IMG/VR virus record: IMGVR_UViG_3300043391_000370
Coordinates: 17,703 to 81,702 of that record
DNA length: 64,000 nucleotides
Source of the DNA: a virus
Lineage: Duplodnaviria > Caudoviricetes
Strand: one strand, 5' to 3'
Part shown: piece by piece, positions 19,929 through 27,980 of the stretch
How positions within the stretch are numbered: the first letter of the stretch is position 1
Layout: every line of letters starts with the position of its first letter
Program-made: the position numbers and the translations under genes
The notes under the pieces: model-generated
The model's database searches: none
What the model was told of the DNA's origin: nothing
What the model saw: the letters and a program-made list of their open reading frames with translations, nothing else

Positions 19929-20603
19929 TCAGATGTTCTCTGAAGTCAAGTATCTAAGAGTATCCGAACCTAAAATTTTCATCAATTTTCTTTTCCCTCG
20001 ACAGCACTCCGATAAATGCCCCACATTACACTCTAGTATTCTAGCAGCTTCTTTAATACTTTCATATTTGCATATCAAACTACCCCCACTATTAAATCTC
20101 CCAACTTCTTTCCTATTTGGATTAGAATATCTTAATTTTTTTCTAGTTTCTTCAGAATGAATTTTTCCTTTGTTTATCTGACTTAATTTTCTTTTTGTCT
20201 CTTCAGATAGTTTATTGCCCAAATGAGATTTTCTCAAGTTCTCAATATGTTCTGGAGAGAACTTCATCCCCTTCCTTATTTGTGATATCTTCTTTTTTGT
20301 ATCTTCGGACATCTCATATTGACTGCCGCCTTTCATAAGATTATAACCATTTGGATACAAAGAGTTTTTTTCTTGTATCCAATATTCTTCCCTATCATTC
20401 AATAATTTAACCTCACATTCTTCAATAATATTAATAGTAAAATTATCCCATCCATATTTTCTTATTGCATTATAAAAAGGATTTGTATTTTTATAGGATT
20501 TAGCATTGTATCTATGGCATCTTATTCTAGACTTAAAATCTTTTGCCTGACCAACATATATTTTCCCATTAATTTTATTTACAAACTCATACACAACTTT
20601 CAT
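19929..20603 (-). mobile_element. Free-standing GIY-YIG homing endonuclease (Seg-like) with NUMOD3-type repeats
   Basis: VVYEFVNKINGKIYVGQA..R..E..LYPNGYN catalytic domain; SPEH..LRKS, SEETKRKLS and SEETRKKL repeats; C-terminal YESIKEAA helix-turn-helix. Confidence 0.9.
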
Positions 20604-20631
20604 TTTTTTATCAACTTCCAGTTTCCATTAT

Positions 20632-20662
20632 TATTTATAACAAAAATAATATTATCTGTCAA
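20632..20662 (-). promoter_or_regulatory. Overlapping sigma70 (TTGACA-17-TATAAA) and late (TATAAATA) promoters
   Basis: TTGACA at 20662-20657 and TATAAATA at 20639-20632. Confidence 0.75.
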
Positions 20663-20984
20663 GAAATTGTTTGAGAGACTCAATGGTCTTATTCATACTA
20701 CTGAAAAGTAAATTCATATCAGTGTCTGGTGAGAATCCCATCAGAGCCACAGATTTTTTCAGATTTTCTTTCATCTCAACCGCTTGTGGGTCATCAGAAA
20801 GAGAAAGTCTTGTGTACATAATACGTTGCTTTTCTAATAGCAACGTCATCTTTTCAATGTGTTCCAGTTTATCTTCACGGGACATTGAACCAAAAGAAAG
20901 AATACTTCCATAAATGAACTTCTGAAGATCATTAATTTCTTCAAGTTCTTCTTGTATAAGTTCAGAGTCAAAGAATTTACTCAT
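20652..20984 (-). CDS. Conserved cyanophage protein (DUF1825-like)
   Basis: FFDSELIQEEL..LLEKQRIMYTRLSLSDDP; usual position between gp59 and gp32. Confidence 0.75.
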   Translation of the reverse strand: MSKFFDSELIQEELEEINDLQKFIYGSILSFGSMSREDKLEHIEKMTLLLEKQRIMYTRLSLSDDPQAVEMKENLKKSVALMGFSPDTDMNLLFSSMNKTIESLKQFLDR

Positions 20985-21567
20985 TTACAATTTCCCGTAG
21001 AAGTTCTTTATAATCAGACACATCAATATGTATAAAGGGATTGTATTTCCTAATTTTTAAACTTACAATTTCCCAAACAGGATCTAGTAGTTTCGTATCA
21101 AATACCTTCCCGAACTGGAAGATTTTGTCGTATATGACTAGAACTTCAGGAGAAATCTTCCCACCCAGGAACTTTTTTAGAATTGGTGGATGGCCTTTCG
21201 AACAATTGAAAGCATCTTCTAATTTTGTTTCCGAGAGTAATTCTTCCGATTGTTCTTTGAACAAGTAAGTCAAACTCTGCTGTCGTTTCATCCACTCTGT
21301 GTATGTTCTTTCTCCTTCGTTTATTAAAGAACCAATCCATAAATTTTGTGGGGTGTCTGTGGCAACAAAGTTTGATACAAGAAAATCTACAATTTCATTA
21401 TCAGAATATTTCCTCGAAGATTTCTCAAAGAAATATTTGTCTTTTCGTTTATTGAAGGAAGTTAGAGTTGCTCTTGACTTCCCACGATATTTAAAGAAAT
21501 CGTATTTTGGATTTGTGAAATGACTTTTGAGTGAAAGATAATGTTGATATGTCTCAAAAGGACTCAT
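20977..21567 (-). CDS. gp59: Helicase loader gp59
   Basis: YQHYLSLKSHFT..KYDFFKY..F.KRKDKYFF..KY.PF. Confidence 0.9.
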   Translation of the reverse strand: MSPFETYQHYLSLKSHFTNPKYDFFKYRGKSRATLTSFNKRKDKYFFEKSSRKYSDNEIVDFLVSNFVATDTPQNLWIGSLINEGERTYTEWMKRQQSLTYLFKEQSEELLSETKLEDAFNCSKGHPPILKKFLGGKISPEVLVIYDKIFQFGKVFDTKLLDPVWEIVSLKIRKYNPFIHIDVSDYKELLREIVNE

Positions 21568-21824
21568 AGTGGCAATTTTGCTCTCGAAGTTTTTTTCATA
21601 AAGTTTAGATTGATAGCATCATACTTCAATCTTTCTTTGAGTGGTTTAGATACAAGTTTCGTAATTGAATCTACCTCAATCTTATTAATCTCACAATAAT
21701 GGCAAATAGCATCGATGTAGTTCATACCTTCCTCTGCAACAATCTTCTCTATTTCTAGGGAAAACTTGGAAGGAGTTAAGAACTTATCCTCTATTGCCTG
21801 CTCTAATTCCTTGTTAGGTTCCAT
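21564..21824 (-). CDS. gp33: Late promoter coactivator gp33 (start reassigned to MEPNKEL)
   Basis: KFLTPSKFSLEIEKIV..YIDAICHYCE..LKERLKYDAINLNFMK. Confidence 0.9.
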   Translation of the reverse strand: MEPNKELEQAIEDKFLTPSKFSLEIEKIVAEEGMNYIDAICHYCEINKIEVDSITKLVSKPLKERLKYDAINLNFMKKTSRAKLPL

Positions 21825-22494
21825 ACTGCTCAAGTTTATCTCCAACAAATTTTCTAATATATTGGACGAGCAATTTAAGGTACTTTGCTTTGTCGTATTC
21901 TTCATAAACTACACATTCTCCATTTTCACAAGACATAATGATAACAAATTTTTTGACTGATACCCCAGTCAGTTCGTAGTACATTGCAGCATAAGCACAG
22001 CACTGAACGAAATAATGATCGATCCAATCTCTTGGTTTCGGTTTCTTAGAAGTCTTAAAGTCGATGATTGCTAATTCACCATTATACTCGGCAATGCAAT
22101 CAACAGTTCCTGCAATACCTAATTGCTTACTATATAGGGAACCTTCAAGAGAGTGAATATTATCAATATTCTTGAGAGTTGACTTCGCAATATTAAACAG
22201 AAACTCTGAGATTGGAAGAATATCTGTAGGAAGATCATGATTTTTCAGAAAATACTCAGTAAGAGTATGCATATCCGTACCACGACTTGTTGCAAGTTTT
22301 GTGATACGGTCTGCTTCCTCATCTCCAACTTTCTTCCTCCACTTCACAAAGATTTCTTTATTAAAATGACTTGTGATAGAAGTGATTGAAACTAGTTTGA
22401 GTAGTTCTTCATCATCAGGTACTTTATAATATCGAATACCATCTATAGTCTCCCGATCAAGTTTCGGGAGAGTCACATCAATATGATTGAACAT
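21814..22494 (-). CDS. PD-(D/E)XK exonuclease (Cas4-like fold)
   Basis: RGTDMH..AGTVDCIAEY..IIDFKTS..YFVQCCAYA. Confidence 0.85.
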   Translation of the reverse strand: MFNHIDVTLPKLDRETIDGIRYYKVPDDEELLKLVSITSITSHFNKEIFVKWRKKVGDEEADRITKLATSRGTDMHTLTEYFLKNHDLPTDILPISEFLFNIAKSTLKNIDNIHSLEGSLYSKQLGIAGTVDCIAEYNGELAIIDFKTSKKPKPRDWIDHYFVQCCAYAAMYYELTGVSVKKFVIIMSCENGECVVYEEYDKAKYLKLLVQYIRKFVGDKLEQYGT

Positions 22495-23252
22495 TAAAAT
22501 CCTTCTTCAATTTTAGCAATAAGATACTGACGAACTAATCCAGAACGGACAATATCATCGACACCAAACTCTATTATATCAAAAGAATCCATTTTACGCA
22601 AGACACTCATAAAATCAATAATTCCATTCTTCTCACTTGTTTTTACAAGGTCTGATTGAGTAGCATCTCCACAGAACATAATCTTACAATTTTCACCAAC
22701 ACGAGTAATAATAGAATCTAATTCGTGAAAATTAAGGTTGGCAAACTCATCTACAAGTACAATACAATTATCCAGAGTAACTCCACGAAGAAAAGAAGTA
22801 GACCAGAACTTAATCGTCTCTTGTGATTTAAGATTGCCATAGAGCATCTCAAACTCAACATCAGAAGGCATTTGGAACATATACTTCACCATATTCTTAT
22901 AAGGAATCTGGTAGATGTCTGCCTTATCATCGTGAGAACCAGGAAGAAATCCAATTTCTCTTGTAGGAACTAATGACCTTACAATATAAACTTTTTCATA
23001 AGGAGTTCTTTCATCCAGCACTTCTTTTAGAGCATTATAAAGAGTGATGAAAGTCTTACCAGTACCTGCACATCCATAGGCAACAAGATGCTTACCTTCG
23101 GCATATGCATCAAAAAGTTTTCTTTGATTGTCTGTAAGGGGATCAATATCTAATAGATATTCACTCCCAAGTGCTTTCTTTCTTTTCATCTGACGAGTTG
23201 TAAGACCAACACCGATTGGTTGGTCATTCGTCGTTCTTTTTCTTCTTGCCAT
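22494..23252 (-). CDS. phoH: PhoH-family ATPase
   Basis: GCAGTGKT Walker A, GFLPG, LRGVTLD..VDEFAN, GD..QSDL, IVRSGLV. Confidence 0.95.
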   Translation of the reverse strand: MARRKRTTNDQPIGVGLTTRQMKRKKALGSEYLLDIDPLTDNQRKLFDAYAEGKHLVAYGCAGTGKTFITLYNALKEVLDERTPYEKVYIVRSLVPTREIGFLPGSHDDKADIYQIPYKNMVKYMFQMPSDVEFEMLYGNLKSQETIKFWSTSFLRGVTLDNCIVLVDEFANLNFHELDSIITRVGENCKIMFCGDATQSDLVKTSEKNGIIDFMSVLRKMDSFDIIEFGVDDIVRSGLVRQYLIAKIEEGF

Positions 23253-23261
23253 ATTAGTTGT

Positions 23262-23504
23262 TTAGATTTTCTTTACTCTTGATCCAGGAGCCCTGCTTGA
23301 TTTTTCAAGAACTTCGTTCCATCCAGGATTTTTTGCAACGAGTTTATCTTTCCACTCACCAATCTCTCCTGGACTTGCAGATCCTTGCGACCAATCTCTT
23401 TTCCATTCAGGATTGTCCTGATACCACTGTGTGACGTCATGAACACTCATTTCAAGCACTTTTGTCTCACCAGTTTCTTTATGAATAATCGGATAAATTG
23501 CCAT
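23262..23504 (-). CDS. Conserved cyanophage hypothetical protein (80 aa)
   Basis: ORF track; usual position between thyX and phoH. Confidence 0.75.
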   Translation of the reverse strand: MAIYPIIHKETGETKVLEMSVHDVTQWYQDNPEWKRDWSQGSASPGEIGEWKDKLVAKNPGWNEVLEKSSRAPGSRVKKI

Positions 23505-23534
23505 TTTTTATAATAATGTGTACGATTATTTAGA

Positions 23535-24287
23535 TTAAGGACTCAAACGTGCCTTATGAAGTCTCTTCTCTTCATAATATGCCCAAATACTTGGAGTCCA
23601 TTTTTGGAGTTCGGGTGCAAAAGAATCGCATAATGCTTGAATCTCAAGTTGAGCATCAAGTTTAGAACGAAGATCCATAAAGTGAAGTACAGAACGAAGG
23701 TTGAATGAAACTACAAAGTTCTGACGAATTGCTTGTGCAAGATAATCACGAATATGCTCTTCACACATACCTTTATCATACTTCACGGCATAACGCTTAC
23801 ACCCCTCTACAATCCACTGTAGTTCATCTTGTCGATCTTCTCCTGTCCACTCATACTTCTTACCTTTACGGTTAGTATAGAACCCCACAGGTCGCACATA
23901 GAAGACTTCTTCAACATCCAGTTCTCCACTGGCAACTTTGACTACACGCTTACCGGTATAACGTTGAGATTGAACATCCCAAGTTGTTCCAATACGATGA
24001 GTTCTTGCCTGAACGATCACATTATGAACAAATCCAGCACAAGAAAATGTAATTTGTGGATGCTCCAAAGGCCCCCAATGTCCTCTTTCATTTGCCAAAA
24101 GTTGTTCTACAACCCACTCACCACATTTTTGATTGCTAGGAACTTCCACTTGATGAATTGGAACTTCAGAATAATCACCCTTACCTGCTTGCCAAATTAC
24201 TTGTTCTGGGGTTGGGTAGCATTGAAGTTTTACTACCTCAAGATTCTTATCAAGTTCAAGTAGATCTTTTGATTTAATAGGTCTCAT
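23535..24287 (-). CDS. thyX: Flavin-dependent thymidylate synthase
   Basis: GHWGPLEH, QARTHR..VQSQRY, NLRSVLHF.DLR...DAQLEI. Confidence 0.9.
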   Translation of the reverse strand: MRPIKSKDLLELDKNLEVVKLQCYPTPEQVIWQAGKGDYSEVPIHQVEVPSNQKCGEWVVEQLLANERGHWGPLEHPQITFSCAGFVHNVIVQARTHRIGTTWDVQSQRYTGKRVVKVASGELDVEEVFYVRPVGFYTNRKGKKYEWTGEDRQDELQWIVEGCKRYAVKYDKGMCEEHIRDYLAQAIRQNFVVSFNLRSVLHFMDLRSKLDAQLEIQALCDSFAPELQKWTPSIWAYYEEKRLHKARLSP

Positions 24288-24439
24288 TTCTTTCCAAATC
24301 CTTTGTATTCTTTTGATGTGGTCTTTTCTAATTCTAGCACAGAAAGTTGTGCCTTCATAAATTGAAGTTCTTCACTGGAATACAAATAATCCTGCTTCAG
24401 TGCTTCCTTGATCAATTTAATTGCCTTTTTGTTCCTCAT
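24284..24439 (-). CDS. Small hypothetical protein (51 aa)
   Basis: Read manually: MRNKKAIKLIKEALKQDYLYSSEEL...KGFGKK; ATGA overlaps at both ends. Confidence 0.7.
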   Translation of the reverse strand: MRNKKAIKLIKEALKQDYLYSSEELQFMKAQLSVLELEKTTSKEYKGFGKK

Positions 24440-24591
24440 TCTAAATCCTCAAAAATTTCGTCGTAATCTAACTCTTTTGGTGTAATATCATCAAATTGAT
24501 ATGCCTGAACATCAGAATATAATTCTGCTTTCAGGGAATCTACAAGAAGTTCTAAATTACGGACAATTAGTTTTAGTTTGTCTTTGTCCAT
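24436..24591 (-). CDS. Small conserved cyanophage protein (51 aa)
   Basis: Read manually: MDKDKLKLIVRNLELLVDSLKAELYSD...; translationally coupled to the next ORF. Confidence 0.75.
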   Translation of the reverse strand: MDKDKLKLIVRNLELLVDSLKAELYSDVQAYQFDDITPKELDYDEIFEDLE

Positions 24592-24612
24592 TGCATATAG
24601 TTCTCTGGGAGC

Positions 24613-24641
24613 ATTCTACATAAAAAAAGGAGACCTGTCAA
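24613..24641 (-). promoter_or_regulatory. sigma70 promoter TTGACA-17-TAGAAT for the thyX/phoH operon
   Basis: -35 at 24641-24636 and -10 at 24618-24613. Confidence 0.75.
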
Positions 24642-24648
24642 GGTCTCC
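24622..24648 (-). terminator. Intrinsic terminator closing the riboswitch-peptide unit
   Basis: ggagacc-tgtcaa-ggtctcc 7-bp stem with a 7-nt A run. Confidence 0.8.
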
Positions 24649-24654
24649 AGTAAA

Positions 24655-24747
24655 TCAACGCATTGCCATTGCAAGTTTTGCTTGATGTTTGCGTTGCTCT
24701 TTTTCTTTTTGTTGTTTGATTAAAATAAGTTGCCAATTGTTTTTCAT
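24655..24747 (-). CDS. 30-aa basic peptide MKNNWQLILIKQQKEKEQRKHQAKLAMAMR
   Basis: AGGAG 8 nt upstream of the ATG; lies between the riboswitch and a terminator. Confidence 0.75.
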   Translation of the reverse strand: MKNNWQLILIKQQKEKEQRKHQAKLAMAMR

Positions 24748-24779
24748 AAGAGGTGCTCCTTTACTTTGTGGGTATTGGT

Positions 24780-24833
24780 GCGTTCCTTCGGTATTCCTAC
24801 TTCCGTTTGCTATTCGCAAATAGCAAATGAACG
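24780..24833 (-). ncRNA. Glutamine riboswitch (glnA RNA motif type)
   Basis: RNA CGUUC-A-UUUGCUAUU-UGCG-AAUAGCAAA-CGGAAGUA-GG-AAUA-CC-GAAG-GAACG-C: P1, 9-bp P2, CGGAAGUA/GAA E-loop and P3, as in the glnA motif. Confidence 0.85.
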
Positions 24834-24839
24834 TTCGAT

Positions 24840-24847
24840 TATTTATG
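24840..24847 (-). promoter_or_regulatory. Late-promoter-like motif CATAAATA
   Basis: NATAAATA ending 6 nt before the riboswitch P1. Confidence 0.55.
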
Positions 24848-24858
24848 ATTTTTATTCT

Positions 24859-24872
24859 GTAACAAATGATAC
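24859..24872. promoter_or_regulatory. NtcA-binding box GTA-N8-TAC
   Basis: tGTAACaaatGATACa palindromic box with AT-rich flanks, ~30 nt upstream of the riboswitch. Confidence 0.7.
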
Positions 24873-24932
24873 AAAATTAAAAACCTTCGTGTGAGAAAAT
24901 TTTGGGGAGATTTTTTCCCACTATTTTGGAAA

Positions 24933-25274
24933 TCACTTCCGCTTTTTCTTTTCGGGTGCTTTGTATCCCCAGATTCTTGGATTTACTTTACCATAACCCC
25001 AGGCAATTTTCTGAACTGCTCCGTGACCGAACTTATCAAAATATAAATCAAAGATTTTTACTTTACTTCCACGGCAAAGATCCATATAAGTTTCATCCTT
25101 AACAATATAAGTTACGATATAGGCATCAAGGGGAAATGATGGATCCTTGAGTTGTTGTAGTGTTGCTTTTTCTAAAAGAATTTCACATCCATAACGGGAA
25201 GGAATATCTTTCTTTTCTTCTGCCGTCCATTCCACAGTTGTTTTTTCCTCTGCGACACTGCTGGTTTTACTCAC
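24933..25274 (-). CDS. Conserved cyanophage hypothetical protein (GTG start)
   Basis: GTGA overlap with the upstream stop; YGCEILLEKAT..P.DAYIVTY..IFDLYFDKFG. Confidence 0.7.
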   Translation of the reverse strand: MSKTSSVAEEKTTVEWTAEEKKDIPSRYGCEILLEKATLQQLKDPSFPLDAYIVTYIVKDETYMDLCRGSKVKIFDLYFDKFGHGAVQKIAWGYGKVNPRIWGYKAPEKKKRK

Positions 25275-25870
25275 GAACGACCACCCCAAGTAATAGATGG
25301 GTATGCCTGACTTACAATTTCTTTTGTAATCTTATATTTGGTATCAAGTTTCTTATCCTTTACAAGAATTAGAATTTCTGCTTCTAGTGGATGCAGTCCC
25401 TCTAGAATATTAATGAACATAGATTCTCTACGAATACTATTTATTGCGTCATTACCACCTTTAAGGAAGTGATAGAAGTGCTTAAACTCTCTACGAATTG
25501 TACTATGCCCCTTATTTGCATCTGCAGTATTACCGATAGAGAACGAACCAACTTCATGCATCTTACGAATTTCTTCAGTAAGTTTATCACTCATTGATCC
25601 ATTAAAAGTTGTCTGATCCTTATAACCAGAATACGGTACAGGGCCATCTGGGAGCACAGAAATCACACTCTCATCAAAGTTCCAAATAAAGACTGCTCTG
25701 ATTGATGGATGATCATACTTTTGTAGAAGTTCTACCTTCTTTGCATTGGTTTTTTGACGAGATACCAAGTCAAAAACCTCAAAGGCAAATGGATTAGTTG
25801 GTAAATTGTCAATTACAGGAGCAACTCTTTTGGTAGTGGTTGTCTTGGTTTTTGTTGTAGTTGTAGTCAT
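25271..25870 (-). CDS. Conserved cyanophage hypothetical protein (199 aa)
   Basis: ORF track; FIWNFD..LPDGPVPY..RRESMFINILEGLHPLEAEIL. Confidence 0.8.
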   Translation of the reverse strand: MTTTTTKTKTTTTKRVAPVIDNLPTNPFAFEVFDLVSRQKTNAKKVELLQKYDHPSIRAVFIWNFDESVISVLPDGPVPYSGYKDQTTFNGSMSDKLTEEIRKMHEVGSFSIGNTADANKGHSTIRREFKHFYHFLKGGNDAINSIRRESMFINILEGLHPLEAEILILVKDKKLDTKYKITKEIVSQAYPSITWGGRS

Positions 25871-25893
25871 AATTATTATCAGTTAAAAAAAAA

Positions 25894-26121
25894 TTAATCT
25901 TCGTCGTCTTCTTCGTCAGAGTCAAAATAACCTTCCTCAAAACGAATTGCTAATACTTCGTCAGGAATTAGGTTTCCCTGATTATCAAACATTTCTGGAT
26001 GAATTCTAGGAATCTCCCTATAACTCATCATATACTCCCTGGCAACCCATCCAGTTACAATTCCTACTATAAAGAACAGTATGATTAAAAAAGAACCTAA
26101 TACTAAGCTAACTGCTAACAT
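25894..26121 (-). CDS. Small membrane protein (75 aa)
   Basis: N-terminal hydrophobic helix, HPEMFD motif, acidic tail. Confidence 0.7.
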   Translation of the reverse strand: MLAVSLVLGSFLIILFFIVGIVTGWVAREYMMSYREIPRIHPEMFDNQGNLIPDEVLAIRFEEGYFDSDEEDDED

Positions 26122-26329
26122 CTTTTTTTCTCCTTATAGGGATTGTTTTTTTCTTTATAGTCAAAGAAAATTCAAAATAGATAGTTACTTCTCGTCTTAA
26201 AAAGCAAAGTAATTTCTCAAAAATAATATGAAAGTCTTTCGGTTGCCTTCTTTTACCCCCACTAAGTATAAGTTCTACTCCACGATTCATACCGTGGTTC
26301 TCAGAGTTATTTATGTTCCTATTAGGCAA
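26108..26329 (-). CDS. Small hypothetical protein (start uncertain)
   Basis: ORF track; fills the gap after nrdC. Confidence 0.55.
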   Translation of the reverse strand: MPNRNINNSENHGMNRGVELILSGGKRRQPKDFHIIFEKLLCFLRREVTIYFEFSLTIKKKTIPIRRKKDVSS

Positions 26330-26558
26330 TTTGCTTCTCTTTCAAAAACTTAACGGTATCAGTACACCCACCAAGTTTTTGATTATCACAAATAACCTGG
26401 GGGAATGTAGAACCTTCACCAAACTCCGAATAGAATTCTTCTTTGGTAAAATCTTCTCCCAAATTATACACCACAAAGTTATTTCCTGTCAACTCTAGAA
26501 CTTGTTTAACTTTGTAACAGTAAGGGCAATCTTGTTTGGAATAAACGGCGAAGTTCAT
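26322..26558 (-). CDS. nrdC: Glutaredoxin
   Basis: CPYC active site, TFPQV, LGGCTD. Confidence 0.95.
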   Translation of the reverse strand: MNFAVYSKQDCPYCYKVKQVLELTGNNFVVYNLGEDFTKEEFYSEFGEGSTFPQVICDNQKLGGCTDTVKFLKEKQIA

Positions 26559-26590
26559 AATTTTGTAATATCTATAGTAATTTATATAAG

Positions 26591-26616
26591 AAAAAAGAGG
26601 AGATTTCTCTCCTCTT
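26591..26616 (-). terminator. Intrinsic terminator
   Basis: aagaggag-atttct-ctcctctt stem plus A run. Confidence 0.8.
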
Positions 26617-26690
26617 ATTATACCACCAACTCACTTCTTCTCACCACAGAAGAAGGTCTTGGTCCCGAAGTCGCAGGGAATCATCAAGAC
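26591..26690 (-). ncRNA. Candidate small structured RNA (or 17-aa micro-ORF 26631..26684)
   Basis: Bounded by a consensus promoter and a terminator; two hairpins; also reads MIPCDFGTKTFFCGEKK. Confidence 0.5.
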
Positions 26691-26696
26691 TCCTAT

Positions 26697-26725
26697 ATTA
26701 TAAGGGATTTTATGGTAGGTGTCAA
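26697..26725 (-). promoter_or_regulatory. Perfect sigma70 promoter TTGACA-17-TATAAT
   Basis: -35 at 26725-26720 and -10 at 26702-26697. Confidence 0.85.
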
Positions 26726-26949
26726 GCCTCTGCAGGAACCTCTTCTGAAGTGACATCAACGGTTTGCTCTCCAGCAACTGGTTCGCAAACAGGAGTCGTG
26801 ATTGTTGCTTCTATTTCATAATCTGGACCATGCTCTTCAATCAAAGCAGAGACCTCTTCGATTGTATGACCAGTATCGTTATTAGAATCTGCAGTTAAAT
26901 GATACAGATGCATTAAAGGCAGTGTAAGTGTTGTAGTTTCGGTTGCCAT
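26722..26949 (-). CDS. Acidic hypothetical protein (75 aa; start reassigned to MATETT)
   Basis: TAATG coupling to the glycosyltransferase stop. Confidence 0.65.
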   Translation of the reverse strand: MATETTTLTLPLMHLYHLTADSNNDTGHTIEEVSALIEEHGPDYEIEATITTPVCEPVAGEQTVDVTSEEVPAEA

Positions 26950-27980
26950 TAACCTTTCCTCCATAATTCTTTTGAAAATTGTACCCAATCTTGTATGCGG
27001 GTTTCCCAACTGTAGTAATTATTTATGACCTCTACCTGACGAGTACTATCGAACTCACCATTTCGGTATTCCGTAATTGTTCTTTTCAGTTCTCTGGCAA
27101 ATCTTTCAATATGCTTTTGACGATCAGGAATATAACCATAATGACGGGCAAATCCCATTCCAGTTTCTGGTAGAGCAGCAAGATTACTGGACAGTACAGA
27201 ACATCCAGCAGCAAGTGCCTCAATCATACAAATACAAGAAGTCTCCTGAAAGTATGCAGGATATGCAAAGATATGAGTGTTCATTAACTGCTCACGAATC
27301 TTAGAGTTATTTGTTCTTGTATGACGAACAACTCTCTTATCAGCATTTGCAAGTGATAAGCAATAACGAAGAAACTGTTCCTCTTGTTCACAGACATGGG
27401 CATATTCATAACTCTGGAATCCTTCTGCATGTTGCTTCTTACGATTATCAGGATCAAGTTCATGGAAGATATGAAGATCAAAGTCTTCTTCGGGAAGAAG
27501 TTTAATCGATTCCAAAAGAACATCCAGACCACGAATAGGATTAGGATGGAACATCAATTGAAGTTTTCCTTCCGGTTTCTGATGCACTTCAAAAGGATGA
27601 GTTGCATTCTTCAAGACATAACACTTCTCCATCGGAAGACCAAACTTCTCACCAAATCTTTCGTACTGCCAATCAGAAACAAAGACATATGCCTTAAAGT
27701 GTTTCTGGAATTGTTTGTCCATCAGTTGTTCTAGGTTGGCTTCCAGATGATGTGGATGCAACCAAACAATATTTGAACTATCAGGTGCGATTACATTATC
27801 ACCTGGAATCACACACCAATGCCAGTCTGCAAGGTCAGGAGCAGCAGGAAGAACTAGATCTTGCCATGCTCTTCCCATAATCTCAGTACCACCAGTTCCA
27901 TCGGGATTTAGTGATGCTTCCAGAAGTGGGGGCATATTGTTGTGTAGATATTCAGGTTTTGTGTTTACAGTTTCAGTCAT
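26949..27980 (-). CDS. GT-B fold glycosyltransferase (GT4-like)
   Basis: GGTE N-terminal motif, FVSDWQ, RGLDVLL, and ETSCICMIEALAAG (EX7E). Confidence 0.85.
   Translation of the reverse strand: MTETVNTKPEYLHNNMPPLLEASLNPDGTGGTEIMGRAWQDLVLPAAPDLADWHWCVIPGDNVIAPDSSNIVWLHPHHLEANLEQLMDKQFQKHFKAYVFVSDWQYERFGEKFGLPMEKCYVLKNATHPFEVHQKPEGKLQLMFHPNPIRGLDVLLESIKLLPEEDFDLHIFHELDPDNRKKQHAEGFQSYEYAHVCEQEEQFLRYCLSLANADKRVVRHTRTNNSKIREQLMNTHIFAYPAYFQETSCICMIEALAAGCSVLSSNLAALPETGMGFARHYGYIPDRQKHIERFARELKRTITEYRNGEFDSTRQVEVINNYYSWETRIQDWVQFSKELWRKG

Noticed and set aside
21814-22494. Cas4 as part of a CRISPR system
   Set aside because: It is the standard cyanomyovirus exonuclease between phoH and gp33, with no cas genes or array nearby.
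26625-26690. tRNA or hammerhead ribozyme
   Set aside because: There is no cloverleaf or T-loop; a UGAUGA is present but the CUGAUGA/GAAA core is incomplete.
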